The notes beneath the pieces are model-generated. The model did not search any database. It had not been told where the DNA came from and saw only the letters and a program-made list of their open reading frames with translations. The position numbers and the translations under genes were made by a program. A stretch of DNA of 61,094 nt from Girardia tigrina (lineage: Eukaryota): positions 5,761 to 66,854 of the forward strand of contig MQRK01206634.1 in the NCBI GenBank assembly GCA_001938485.1. Reading direction: 5' to 3'. This document shows positions 1-12,292 of the stretch, piece by piece. Every line of letters starts with the position of its first letter. Position 1 is the first letter of the stretch.

Positions 1-342
1 TATCCCAGGATATCTTTACATATTTCAACTTGAAATTTTGTCACGATTTTCTTCAAAGTTTGCACACTTACGCATTCTCGATGACAATAAATGATAATGT
101 GAAAATTTGATCGAAAAAAATTTTTGAAGAGCCCAAAATAAAAAAAGGAAAATTCGGAGTTCACGAACAATATTAATTGCAAGATATCTACTTATAAATT
201 ATAAGTAGTTTATATTAATCTTTTAATTAAATTTTTTTAAGTTTTAAATTTTTAAAATTTTAAAAACTTTGTTGGCAAGGTAGAGATATGTCTGCATAAA
301 GAATGGATATAAAAAATTAAATTTTTTGATTTACTAGTTTTG
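1..342 (-). repeat. Dispersed non-coding repeat (possibly a non-autonomous Helentron/DINE-like element); second copy at 46255-46480
   Basis: Reverse complements of about 45-130 and 298-342 match 46345-46423 (TCAAATTTTCACATTATCATTT..GTCATCGA..AAGTGTG.AAA.TTTGAAGAAAATCG) and 46255-46296 (AACTAGTAAATCAAAA..TTTTTTATATCCATTCTTT). The family assignment is a guess. Confidence 0.6.
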
Positions 343-1129
343 AATGTGAATTTTAAATAAATTGTAATTTAAATTTGTTTAAATAATAATAAGACGTTGA
401 GAAATATAATTAAATTTATTAATCAAAAATGATGACGAGCTACCGAAAGTTTTTTGGAAAATTGTCCTAGTGACAATTCAAGTTGTGATACAAATAAAGG
501 TATTAAAAATCCAATTAGTGTTCTTAATATTAAGAAAATTTAAGAACAGATATTTTAATAATAAGTCAGGAAATGAGAACAAGCGTGACCTCATTCTGGA
601 AAAATGTCAAAAAAATCGATAATTTTAATTGTAATTTACCTACAAATAATTTTGGAATTTGTTAGATAATAAAAACAAATTATTCGAGAAAATTATTAAA
701 ATAATATTAAATTTTCCACTAGAAATCAAGAAATACAATAACAAATAAATTTCTAAAAAATATGAATAAAATCTGGATAAAAAACTAAAGGTTGGAAAAC
801 AGGAAAATATCAAAAAAGAAAACTGAAATATGAAGAATTACGACGAAAAAATTCGAAAATGTGGAAATACAGCAATTCATTTGCTTGCTAAAAAATTCGA
901 CAGCGCAGTTCACCATGTAAAACGTTTTCCGGAAAATGTTTATATTTTAACTCATTATAAGTTTTTTTAAATAACTTTTCATATCCACGGGCCGATACAT
1001 TAAGAGGACAATGGAAAGTCGTCGAAAAGACAATTCTTGTAATATTTTTTATAAATTAAATTTTTTTGAAAATTTACGCAATAATAGCATCAAGAATTAC
1101 TAAATTGGAGATAAATAGCGGGATAAATT

Positions 1130-2262
1130 TCCACATCGATAACTGGGTGTCAATCGACGTGGCATCATATGCGCGACAATACCGAATATGCGCGGAACTC
1201 AAACCAAAGTTTATCAAAATACAAGATCAGAGACCGGTGGTTTCTAAACAAACATGGCAAAGAATATCCATTGACTTTATGGGCCTAAAAGAGTTATCCT
1301 TGGAAAATCCTATATTCTAACAGTTATTGATGAATTCTCAAGATTTCCATTTGCATTCTTTGTACCGAATATGTCGAGAGAAAATGTCATTCAGTGTTTG
1401 GAAGAGCTATTTACAATCTTTGGTCCGCTATGTAAAATCCACAGCGACAGAGGGCGACAATTTGAAAGTCGGGCACTTGCTGATTTCATCAATAAAACGA
1501 GAACAACTCCGTACCATCCGGCGGTAAATGGTCAATATAAACCCCTAATTGGAATCATATGGAAAAATGTTCAGTTGAGACTGAGCCAAGTCCGTAGACC
1601 ACTGGTCGAGTGGACAAGTGAACTTCAACGAGCAGTTATGAATATAAGAGCCCTTTCATCAAGAGCAATTGGGATGGTAAATCCACATTAAATGTTTTTT
1701 GGGTTCCGGCACAGATCTATATTGGAGGATCCGGAAAAATTAAAAGCAAGTTTGCTGATGATATTTGAGGTGCCATCATGGGTGGCCTCTGGAATGCGGC
1801 CTTTCTCAAAACATGGAGAGGGTAAGCAAATCGGATACCTTGTTGGAAGAAGTGATAATCCGAAATGCTATCTCACCTCATGTGGTTCAAGTTTGTTTTC
1901 CTAAGTCGAGAAGAATGGACACGTTATGATCTATGGATTTATCAAGGAGCCATCCTGGAACTCAGAATCCAGTTTTGAGTGTGGAGAACAGCACAGATGA
2001 AATCCAAATAGAGACCCGTGGAACAAAAGTATCAACTGAAGAAACCAATGGTAATGGCCGACTGCATCGTGTGAAAAGAAGCCCTGGATATTTAAAGAAC
2101 GATGTTAGTGATTTAATCAGTGATGGAGAATGTGGTGATTGTTTGAATAATTGAAACATTTTGTGGTGAAATTACAAATTATCTTTGTAAACATTTTTTG
2201 TATATTAATAAATCGATAATCTGACTGGAATTTAAAGGGAAATTCGACACTGATTATTAAAC
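1130..2262 (+). mobile_element. Ty3/gypsy relic: frameshifted integrase, PPT and short 3' LTR (about 2131-2262)
   Basis: Integrase motifs across frames: WQRISIDFMG, VIDEFSRFP, IHSDRGRQFES, TTPYHPAVNGQ, and tail RVKRSPGYLKND. Purine tract GATGGAGAA precedes TGTGGTGA...TTATTAAACA. Confidence 0.85.
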
Positions 2263-2689
2263 AAGCTATCAATAATTTTAATTACTTTTTATTAATGCAT
2301 TCAATAGCCAAGATATGTATCAATCAAACAAAAAAACTAAGTAAAAAATGTTAATTCATGGTCAAATAAAAACTATTGGAATTTATATTAATCATGCCTA
2401 AAAACTTCATACTTGAAAACCTAATAATACGCTTATGGGGCTTAGAATGTTTTAAAAAAATTCATACCAAACGTTTGTAATTTTATTTAGTTGTAGAAAT
2501 TCACTATAGGCTGTTGTTACTATAGTTTTTTTTCGCAATAAATCTTTTTCAAAAATATTCAACAAATATAAAAAATTATATTAAATATCATATCTATCCG
2601 ACCGGATACGTACGTAATGTGTTTCAAAGTTAGAATATGTAGCCATATTTATAATATAATTATTGATCGAAATTATCCTGGGGTCAATA

Positions 2690-5600
2690 ATGTCTTCAAT
2701 TAATAAAACCTTGTTTTCTACAAAGCATGTGGTCAAAGAATATTTAATTGTACTAAAAGATGAATCTTTGAAAATATTTTTGGATGAAAAAACCATTCGT
2801 AGTATCGGTGTAAAAACCAATTGCTACGTACAGCTGACAAATAGAATTTTAAATAGAAAAGTAAATGCGTTTAAATTTATCAAATACGCGATCGTTCGTA
2901 TCACTGGACAAGATGAATGCGCCATTCGACAGTGTAATCGATTGTTGGAGCACCAATTTCCTCTTTATAGACACAGGAAAGATTATCATAAACGACCCGA
3001 ATGTTGCACTATTTATTCTCAGGAACTTGTTCCCGATAACGCATCTTTATGCTTCGCTTTTCAAAGAACTGGAGCCACTACATATCAATATGGAGATATT
3101 CTTATTAAGTCTCCTCATGAGCCGACGGTCGATCGACCAAATGAAACATGTCAATGGAGATCTGGTGATTCTGACTTGAAAAAAGGAATAACAGTCTCAA
3201 CGGGAAAACAGAACGAAAATTATCTTAATTGGTATTTTAGAAATTCGTTTCTACAACAAGAACCATACGACCCAAAAGTCACAATCAAATATGTTTATGA
3301 CGATTGCAAAAAAGAATCTTTAGGTTCCGATAAAACTAAAAATAAAAACGGTCGGCAATTGAAAAAGTACGGAGATTATCCAGCAAAACGTGTTGAATTT
3401 GTGGATTCGGTGATTGATGAACAGAATCTAACGGAATTCGAAACCCCTTTGTCTTTGTCATATATGTCGGAAAATCGAAAATTTATAACCGAAGAAAATG
3501 ATATTTCGAAAGAATCTTTCTCCGGAGATATTGGAGAAAAAACTGTAAAGGAATTTCAAAACATACGATCGAAATCCGAGGAAAAGAATTTCAAGCCTGA
3601 GGCGAAAATCCTTAACCAATCTCAGGATGTTGAAAACCGTCTAATTGAAGTTTCGTGTCAGAAAATATTGTCGAAATTAGGAGACGATTTTTTAAGAAAT
3701 GTTTCAGAAACCAGCAGCAATAAGAGTAGTCGAAACATAAATGATGGGGAGAAGAAATCGTTTAACTCGAATTTGTTTTATAGAAATATGATTCAACAAA
3801 TTTTCGATGAATTTCTAAATACAGCCATGAAAGAGAATTTTGAGAGAAGCGTTTCTAAAAACGATTGTACTAAAAAAATAGAAGAAATTTTCATCGAAGG
3901 AATGATAAATAATATTGTTGAAGATCTTCATCGAAAATATTTTACATCAAGTAAGCTCATACAGTCCGATCACGATAGCACAACATCTTCTGAAAACGCT
4001 AGTAAACTGAGATCATCATTGGCAAAGAAATATTCAAATGATGACGAAAATCCATATAAAGGAAAAGTAATAAATTTTGTCGAATCCTCTGGGAATACGA
4101 GCGAAGAAACTGGATTCGATTTAACAAATACTTTACCGAAACCCCCTTCAAAAGAGAACAAAACGAATATGTTACCATATAAATTCACATCAGATACCAC
4201 TTCACCAAGTAGTACTATGAAAGATGAAACTAAAGATTTGTTTCCAAAATCTTCTTATATAAGTGATTCAAGCAAACAGAGTGCTGGCGAAAAGTTGGTT
4301 GAAACAGAAATCTGCAATTTTTTATTTGATAATTGTATTGATAAGATACTTGATGAAAGGTATTCTCCTTCTAAAGTTTCGAAAGATTTTCCAGATGGAC
4401 GGAATTCAAATTTCCAGGAAAAATGTCTGGACAAAATCACTGATTACTTGCTTTCAGAATTAATCGATATGGAAAGTCAAAAAATGATAAATAATATTAA
4501 TCAAGAAAAAGAGAATCAATTGATGGACAAAATATGGCAAAAATTAGAAAATAATATTAGTAATGAAATTCTTGAAATGATTGAGGATTCGCAAATAAAA
4601 ATAAAGGAGTCGCTTGTTCCTAAACGAAATCCATCGGCAACTCGAATAGATTTAGAGAGCTTAAAAAGCGTCTCAAAAAGTGATGATAAGAATGGAAAAC
4701 CAATGACTAATCTCAAATTAGTAGAAACATTTTCTGTTCCTAAAAATTCAAAAGAATCAATCGGAAGTCCAACTAATGAAAATGTTCCACAAATACTTAC
4801 AGGTATGATTTCAAAATCAAGGAGTAAAACTGAAGAGTCTGTAAGAAGGGACTCATTAAAATCACAAAACAGTTCTAAACAAGCAAATGAATTGCTTGAT
4901 AGTTCCCTTGATATCAAAGGGTTTCGTAAGTTGAAAGATTCTGATTCCAAATCTACGTCCAAAACTGAAGAATCTTCAAGAAATACTTCTTCAAAATCAC
5001 AAAATGCTGCAAAAGAATTTATTAAAAGTTCATTTGATAACAAAGTTCCTGCGATTTCGAAAGATTTCCTTTCAAAATCCAGGAGTAAAACGGAAGAATC
5101 TCCTTCAAATGATTCTTCTAAGACTCGAAGTAGTTCTAAATATGCCAAAGAGTCAACTGCAACTCCATCAGATTTCCAAGTTCTACAGTCCACAAACGTA
5201 CCAGATTTTAAATCAGAAAGTAAGCTGGAGGAATCTCAAAAAAAGGATGTTTTAAAAGTTCAAAGTCCTCCGGATAAAGATTCTAATTTAATTGTTGTAA
5301 GCTCTGATGATTATTTAGTTCCAATGACGACCAATGACATAGAACTAAAATCTTTGAATGATATGAAAGTTAATTTTATTTTGAAAGATGAGACTGTAAA
5401 AAGCAAAACCAAAGTTGAAACTGAAAAAAAACATCCAAAACAATCGAAAAAAAAATCGAAAATAACAGAAGAAGAGTTTCAGAAGAAACTTGATGAAAAA
5501 CTAAAAGAAACTGTTCCCGGTAAAAGAAAATCCTTAGATGATAAATTTAAGCAAATAATTTATGATTCAAGCGGACTAATTAGAGAAAATATTGAAAACA

Positions 5601-7654
5601 CGACACCGGACGAATCAACATGGGAGTCTTTGAAACATAGAAGTAGTCAACAAAACAAAAACCAGTGTTTTGCTACAAATCCCGAGAGAACATCCGACGA
5701 GACGAAATTCTTCCAAGAAACAATTCAAAAACCGAGTAAAGATTCCCAAAATTCTCTCAGCCATCTCTCGTCCGTGATTTCCGATGGATATAATATGATG
5801 AATCATTACTTTTTTAAAGAAAAATTTAAAATTTCTAAATTAAAATCATTTCGAGAAAGTCTATCAACTAAAAGTGATAAAAACTCTAAAATAATTAATG
5901 TTGACACGGAAATAGGATATGAGAAATGGAAAACCTTTTTATCAAACCCCAATACATTCTTGGACTCTTCTGAGCCCACAAACTATCGAGTTAGCAATAA
6001 CTTTGAAGATTTACAAACGACTCAAATGTCCCAGTCAAACAATCTTTCTTCGTCGTTTGATCATTCTTCTTGTTGTTCTTCATGTCGTAAAAAGAATTCT
6101 CAGAATAAAAGTCAGTATAACGGCATTTTTCATCAGCGAAAGTCTTCTGAAATCGTTGAAATCGAAGACGTTGATATTCATGTTAATTTACCATCGGAAG
6201 AAGTTAAAGAAACTTCTAATCAATTGTTGAATGTAAATCAGTTTGATTTCGTAACATCGGATCAAATAAAAATAGATGACAGAAATAAATATTATAACAG
6301 AAATATGTATACAGAGTCTTTACATATAAGTGAGATTAAGGACAAGAAAACCGAAGTAGAAGTCCTTAAATTTACTTTGGACCTTCAGCAAGAGGTTAAA
6401 ATAGATAAAAGTCATAAACATCCTATTGATAAATATCTACCTACAAGGGAAAGTTTAGAAATCTTATTATATGACATAATGTGTAAAAATTATTGTATAC
6501 CATCAATAAGAACTCCTTTCGTGACTTTTGAGATATTTGGAGAACGGCATGTAATCTTTCCTCAAAATACGGCTAAAGAATTGATAAAATATTCGGAAGT
6601 TTTACATATTTCCAAAGTTCTCATTGACTCAAATTTTACTCTTAATATGAACACAAAACCAATCCCCAAAAGTAGGCTTAGCTTTTGCACTACCATTTCT
6701 CTGGAGAACGAATTAGACCCAACAGATATTTTGGAAAATCTTATCAAAAACGACTTTAAAACAAAAGCAATCCATCTACCTGTTATAAATGATTATATTA
6801 GTAGCTGTGCAACAGATTCCATCCAGATTTCTGATAACTCTTTCGACAAAGAGAATATTGGACTAATATTAGATAACTCCTTCAGTTTTTCGGAGAATCT
6901 TTGTGAATGTTCAACTAATTTAACGAAACGTTCTGACGACCAGTCGATAGATTCTGTATTCATATCATCTGATTGTAACAATTTGACTGAAAGTAACAAT
7001 AAAGACTTATATTATGATAGTTCTTCTCCGGAAAATCAGTTCAGCTTCTCCCAAAAAGACAATCATTGTTTACTAGAAACTCAAAATTCGCAAAGAAGTC
7101 TCTCAAAATCGCCATCAAATCCTAATTTACCGAAAATTAAAAAAACCCTTTTAAACATATCAAAAGAAGGAAGACTGAAGAAAACGAAACCCGTTGATAC
7201 AGAAGAAAAATACCATCCTAAAAAAAGTATTTTAGAAACTTATAAAAATGATTATTTTTCAGTGTTCGGTGATTCGGAAAATCAGTCCGTAAATCTAAAT
7301 GATATGCATGATCAAACTTTCCTTTCGGAAAGGTCTTCCAGTAAAACGTTTTCGAAAACTAATACAAAATCACGAAGCCGAACTTTGTCAGAGAAACTGA
7401 AACATAAAGCCATGAAAATTTTATCAAAATTGACCCCACTGGGAAAATGTTCCAGTACGGACAATATTACGGACACGGATGACTGTTTTACGTCCGTCAC
7501 GTCAGCGAACACGAAAATCGGTCCTTGTCCGGACGATCTATTCCCAACAAAAACTCTCGATTCTGAATTTTCGAAAAATTCTTTTTCTCGATATTTTAAT
7601 ATTTATAAACGAATGAAATTAAAACAGAATTCTTTCAATATTAAAACTTCATGA
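2690..7654 (+). CDS. Large single-exon S/K/E-rich protein of unknown function (about 1654 aa from the first ATG)
   Basis: Uninterrupted 5-kb ORF in very AT-rich DNA, ATG at 2690 and AATAAA about 80 nt after the stop. No transposase or RT motifs. Complex N-terminal ~220 aa followed by low-complexity sequence. Confidence 0.85.
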   Translation: MSSINKTLFSTKHVVKEYLIVLKDESLKIFLDEKTIRSIGVKTNCYVQLTNRILNRKVNAFKFIKYAIVRITGQDECAIRQCNRLLEHQFPLYRHRKDYHKRPECCTIYSQELVPDNASLCFAFQRTGATTYQYGDILIKSPHEPTVDRPNETCQWRSGDSDLKKGITVSTGKQNENYLNWYFRNSFLQQEPYDPKVTIKYVYDDCKKESLGSDKTKNKNGRQLKKYGDYPAKRVEFVDSVIDEQNLTEFETPLSLSYMSENRKFITEENDISKESFSGDIGEKTVKEFQNIRSKSEEKNFKPEAKILNQSQDVENRLIEVSCQKILSKLGDDFLRNVSETSSNKSSRNINDGEKKSFNSNLFYRNMIQQIFDEFLNTAMKENFERSVSKNDCTKKIEEIFIEGMINNIVEDLHRKYFTSSKLIQSDHDSTTSSENASKLRSSLAKKYSNDDENPYKGKVINFVESSGNTSEETGFDLTNTLPKPPSKENKTNMLPYKFTSDTTSPSSTMKDETKDLFPKSSYISDSSKQSAGEKLVETEICNFLFDNCIDKILDERYSPSKVSKDFPDGRNSNFQEKCLDKITDYLLSELIDMESQKMINNINQEKENQLMDKIWQKLENNISNEILEMIEDSQIKIKESLVPKRNPSATRIDLESLKSVSKSDDKNGKPMTNLKLVETFSVPKNSKESIGSPTNENVPQILTGMISKSRSKTEESVRRDSLKSQNSSKQANELLDSSLDIKGFRKLKDSDSKSTSKTEESSRNTSSKSQNAAKEFIKSSFDNKVPAISKDFLSKSRSKTEESPSNDSSKTRSSSKYAKESTATPSDFQVLQSTNVPDFKSESKLEESQKKDVLKVQSPPDKDSNLIVVSSDDYLVPMTTNDIELKSLNDMKVNFILKDETVKSKTKVETEKKHPKQSKKKSKITEEEFQKKLDEKLKETVPGKRKSLDDKFKQIIYDSSGLIRENIENTTPDESTWESLKHRSSQQNKNQCFATNPERTSDETKFFQETIQKPSKDSQNSLSHLSSVISDGYNMMNHYFFKEKFKISKLKSFRESLSTKSDKNSKIINVDTEIGYEKWKTFLSNPNTFLDSSEPTNYRVSNNFEDLQTTQMSQSNNLSSSFDHSSCCSSCRKKNSQNKSQYNGIFHQRKSSEIVEIEDVDIHVNLPSEEVKETSNQLLNVNQFDFVTSDQIKIDDRNKYYNRNMYTESLHISEIKDKKTEVEVLKFTLDLQQEVKIDKSHKHPIDKYLPTRESLEILLYDIMCKNYCIPSIRTPFVTFEIFGERHVIFPQNTAKELIKYSEVLHISKVLIDSNFTLNMNTKPIPKSRLSFCTTISLENELDPTDILENLIKNDFKTKAIHLPVINDYISSCATDSIQISDNSFDKENIGLILDNSFSFSENLCECSTNLTKRSDDQSIDSVFISSDCNNLTESNNKDLYYDSSSPENQFSFSQKDNHCLLETQNSQRSLSKSPSNPNLPKIKKTLLNISKEGRLKKTKPVDTEEKYHPKKSILETYKNDYFSVFGDSENQSVNLNDMHDQTFLSERSSSKTFSKTNTKSRSRTLSEKLKHKAMKILSKLTPLGKCSSTDNITDTDDCFTSVTSANTKIGPCPDDLFPTKTLDSEFSKNSFSRYFNIYKRMKLKQNSFNIKTS
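4811..5340 (+). repeat. Coding tandem repeat, about four units of 42-45 aa (SKSxSKTEES...)
   Basis: Units start at 4811, 4946, 5072 and 5207 (spacing 135/126/135 nt): SKSRSKTEES, SKSTSKTEES, SKSRSKTEES, FKSESKLEES. Confidence 0.8.
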
Positions 7655-8696
7655 AATAATTATTTCAATACAGTTAAAAAAAATTGAAAGAATCGAGTTA
7701 TTAATATGTGTATATATATAATAATAATATAAATAAAATATGAGTAGAAAATAATAAAATTTAAATTAACTATATTGAAATTATGAAATATAAAATATTA
7801 AATGATGTTTATATAATTATATTATACATTTTTAATATATTTTGTCATTGATAACTTTCTATTTTTTTTCAATTGAGATATATAAATTTTGAAAATTAAT
7901 TAATTAGAATATGCACACAAATTTGAGTCTGTAAGAATAAAGAGTCTTTTCGGATTAGAAAATTAAAGTCATTGAAAAATTCCTAAGTGACATAATAAGG
8001 ATTTGTTGATCTATTCTCCCGGGATTTCTTTGAGTCATTATTATTTTTAAATATTTTATATAATTTCTGTCATGTCTCCATCCAAGTTTAATGCTTAGTG
8101 GTATCTGCATATATAAGTCTTAAATGTAATAAGTGACCACCGAAGATGAACCATTGGTAAGGGTTGCTCGTCCTAACCATTTTATCATACATTAAATTTC
8201 TTTAGGTAATCAAAATATTTATAAACTCAATTTTCACAAGTTTAACAAAATTAGGATTATTAATTCTTATATAGTTACATGAAATAGTCATTTCTATTGC
8301 TAAACAGGCTTTTATATAAATATAAATGAAATATTAACTCGTTGACGGACAATTGCGTCTATAACCGTCAAAGCGAAGTTCACTATGTCACATATTCTGT
8401 GCCATGATTGCAATAGCCGTCCAAAACAAACGGATACTACGGATATAGCGGCACAAATGTGCATTTACCGGCGTACAAGTAAAAACCTTATGTGTTGTTT
8501 TGGAAACAATTTTTTAGGTTGAATTTCGTTTTCCACTTGTTACACGACTTACAGCTTCAGTATTCTAATATTCTAAAAATTAAAAAAAACTTATGGTGTT
8601 AATTATGAATTTTACTTGTTCTTAATGTCCGTCAGTGTGTCAAAATAAACATGAACATCTTTATGAACTTGTTAATTTATAAAATATTTTTTAAAA

Positions 8697-8925
8697 TATA
8701 TTTTCTGAAATGGTTCGTCGGTAGATTGTCTAATGTACTTTTCTTTCGTTTTCGTTGTCAGAGTTTTCTTTTCCTGACAATTTTTACAACTTTGTACGAT
8801 TTCTTTAACTTTTTGTCTCATGTTATTCATGTCGAAGTCATGATTTACTTAATTATGGATTTTATTACTTCCCGCATGGCACATCATTTTATAGATAGTT
8901 TTATAAAGGGACAGCATTTTTTTAG
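8697..8925 (-). mobile_element. Ty3/gypsy integrase zinc-binding domain fragment
   Basis: Minus-strand translation MMCHAGSNKIHN*VNHDFDMNNMRQKVKEIVQSCKNCQEKK...EPFQKIYF (H..CxxC plus PF motif). Confidence 0.75.
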
Positions 8926-8989
8926 AAAAATTAGGAAATGTCCACATTTTAAAATATTTTTTCAGGGATCAATACTAAATTAGATTATT

Positions 8990-10285
8990 CAGTTACCGGA
9001 AGATAGTGTAGGTCGATTTTTTAATATTATGCATTTCTTAAGAAAATCAGCAAACCTTGATTCGTTTCTTAGAACATTGCTTGAGTGTTCATGTTAAAGG
9101 AATCGTGTATTCTGTATTTTTCTGTTAGTTATTTATTAGCAATGGATCTTCTTTGGTGTACGATTTTAAAGTGATATGAAGAAAGTTCTGAACATTTGCA
9201 CTGTTATGAAAAGTGGGTTGAACTAAAAAACGACTACGTAGAGACCAGACGATTAATATTTTTTCAAACAAATCATATAGTATTAATGACATGAGTTATT
9301 GGAATGAAGCAATAAAAAGAATAATTTTGATAATATTAATGATGACATCAGAAAATATTCCATTAGAGGGTTTTAAGACAGACTACTAGTCAAAAGATAA
9401 TGGTAAATATTTGAAGATCTTGAGTTAATTTCAAATTGTGACCTCAGTTTAGATAAGCACACAAAATTTGCTGTAAAAAATCATCGCGAACTTCATTACT
9501 TAAGAAAAATTATATTCAACAGAAATGACCAGAAATAATCTTTTAGCACTATTAGAAACTCGCAATATACCTCAATTATTGCAGATTGCTCTCTCGATCT
9601 TATTCATAAAGAAGAGGTGTCCGTTGGGGTACGTTGGAAAAGCTATCGAATGTACTGAGGCTAACCTCAATGATGTGATCGTAGAAGAAATGTTTTAGGA
9701 ATTTGTTCACAAGTACAACTGGAGCATGGATACACATTAAATTTTAAACTGTTTAAATAAAAATGTTAGTGATAATTCAACCTCACAAATTATACCTAAA
9801 GTGTCTTCTTCGTCTAATTCGTTCATCATTCTATAAATTTAAATTGACAAGTTTTTTTTCAACCGTACAAAAATTTAATACATTTTCCATGCATCAACAA
9901 AACTTTGAAACATTTATCCAAAATTAACTCTTAAATCATAAAGTATAATAAAATAAGAATCTCATGTCAATGTAATTTCAGTTTTAAAAATTAGATTAAA
10001 GGGAATTTGTTCCTCATTAAGAGGTTGCTCGCTTGGAGGAAGATTTACTTACTCTTATAACGGTCAAGGGAATCGCAACAAAAATAGATAATTTTGAATT
10101 TATTTGTTGGTAAATTATCTGACAGGATGTATTAACGGAAATTAATTGTATGAGTAAGTTGTTTCAATCCCAAAATTTTAATGTAAAAGCAGCTACAACT
10201 GCATTGAGTAAAGTAACTGAATTTATTGTTTCACGAAACTGTGAAGATTCTTGTGACAAATATATTTCTTTATGTAATATACCAT
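8990..10285 (+). mobile_element. Decayed hAT transposase (ZMYM1/DUF4371-like)
   Basis: Broken motifs DNGKYLKI/ELISNCD, HYLRK, SQYTSIIADCSLDLIHKEEVSVGVRW, FFSTVQKI..HASTK, NFEFIC..DVLTEINCMSKLFQSQ. Confidence 0.75.
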
Positions 10286-10860
10286 GTAAACAGGTTTCTG
10301 TCATCTTTTAACAAAAAGTTATTCAAGTTTTTATTTTCTCAAGATCTTTATTAATACCTGATTATATACAACGAAAGAAAATAATAATAATCCAACAATT
10401 CAACGCCGAATAAAAGTATTTTTAGACAAACTTTACACAAAATATTACACAGAATCAGGCAAAGAATCATCATAGTTAAGTTCATTGCACAACTTATCAA
10501 TACCAATGTGCTCCAGAAAAAATTTAAACGTGCCAATTTCATTATTAAGGAGTCTTCTATTAAGACTTTGATTAAAAATCTGGATGATTTCGGGACCATT
10601 TTTCAAAATCTCTTTTAAAATCTTTTGCTCCTTCAGAGTATGGGAATTTTAAGAAAAGTTTCTTTGTGTTAGTCTCTTCCACAGAAGCATTAAGCTTGTT
10701 ATTGATAAAATTATTAGTTTTTAAATAGATTGATTCTACCGTAATTTTAATGATATTATGTAGATATTTTATATTATATCCATTATAACTAAGTCTGTTA
10801 TGTAGTGTATCGAGTTCTTCATCAAAATATTCGTAAGATGAAGTTAAGCTCCATACCATG

Positions 10861-12292
10861 TGATGCGAGAGCATGCGCAGCGCGGCTGCAGCACACTGTA
10901 ATCGGGGGACAGTGGTGGGGTCAGGGGAATAAAAAATTACTTTCTCACTTGTTCCATGAAAATTGTCTTATTTTTTATCAATTTTGAATGTCTGATCTTT
11001 GCTCAAGGAAAGCAATTGATCGATTTCACTCGACACTCCGATGTCCATTTTTGTAGTTCGATTATTGCTAAGACAGAGACAATCCGTATCAATGACAATC
11101 GCTCCGTAAAGAAGCCTCAGTAGAATCTCCAGTTGTAGCATTGATCTATTAGTCAATAGAAACTGTGCAACGAGCGTAGAACAAGAACTGACTGTTTGAA
11201 TGCTCTCTGTCTCGAGCTGACCCGGAGGAAATCTGCATTTGATCTCGCGATGATCAATGATCTCTGGAACGTGACACGTGATCCGCTCTTCCGCGCTCGA
11301 TGGCGGTCGAGAGCGACTCACACATTTTCCCAAAATCGGCAATCATTGAAACACATCTCTATTCCATCCAAATAAACCAAATCATTGGCGAAATCGATAT
11401 CAAACTTTCGTTGCAACCATTCCAGGATATCGCGTCTTAAAATCACATTTTGCTTGGAATTAGAGCTAATCGGAATGACATTATACAAATCGTGATATTG
11501 CAAATGCTTGTAAAATCCATAAACTAAACGGGAAACAATACTGTCCAAATCGGACAATTCATTGCCAATAATTAACCATTTCGGTTTATCGGAATTCAAA
11601 AACGTTTTTCGTGAGGAAATGAAATCATTAAATGAAATAATTGTAATCATATCATTTGAATTTTTAAAACTAATAAAAAAAATTATTGAAAAAATCTTTT
11701 CATTCGACAAAAATTCATATTTTCACAAGAAAAAATAAAAAAAAGTTCGATCGCTCTCGACTCGATATCGATTGGACTTTGAATTTGAATTAGAGGTCAA
11801 ATTCGATTTCTCTGAGAGAAATTTTTATATCGATTAATTAATTTTCTATCAATTAAAATTGGGGGAAATTTTTCGACACGAAATTTTTATCGATTCGGTT
11901 TATTTGAACAATTAAATCATTTTCACTATTGATCGATCGCAATTATCAAATGAGATGCGTACAATATAAATTATCTTGATTGATTTTTAAACAAAAACGG
12001 ATTTATTTTATCAGGAAAATAATTTCACAAAATAGCAATCAACGATTTCACTAAGTTTTAATTCAATTAATTCTGCTTTGATGCGATTTCACACTATCGA
12101 ATTGATTGCCTCAAATTGGTGTCAATAACACATTGATTCAATTGATGCAGTTAAACAAATTAATTAATTATTAAAATTACAATTTATTATTGGCGATCAA
12201 TCAATTAAATGTCGACAAAAATTTGATTTTATTTTTTCAAATAATTTTTCGTCGACTTTCAACAAAAAAATATTTTTTTAACTCTCAAAACC
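10861..12292. mobile_element. Solo-LTR-like insertion A carrying a PRUNE fragment
   Basis: 5-bp TSD CCATG (10856-10860 and 12293-12297). Ends TGATGCGAGAG...CTCTCAAAACC form an imperfect inverted repeat; the last base is C rather than A. It cleanly interrupts the Penelope reading frame. Confidence 0.85.
10941..11650 (-). pseudogene. PRUNE: Exopolyphosphatase PRUNE/PPX1 (DHH domain), 3'-truncated pseudogene
   Basis: IIGNELSDLDSIVS, LRRDI, V*VALDRH (degenerate DHH motif with a stop), frameshift, then EIIDHR, VSSCSTLV, LLYGAIVIDT, TTKMD. DHHA2 half absent; no introns seen. Confidence 0.88.

Noticed and set aside
8334-8645. Possible piggyBac-like MITE (TTAACTCGTTGACGGACA..TGTCCGTCA)
   Set aside because: Only about 9 bp of inverted match and no right-hand TTAA.
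10861-10948. Spliced-leader RNA gene (donor plus U-rich tract plus hairpin)
   Set aside because: No shared leader exon upstream of the donor; the upstream sequence is different coding cargo in each copy.
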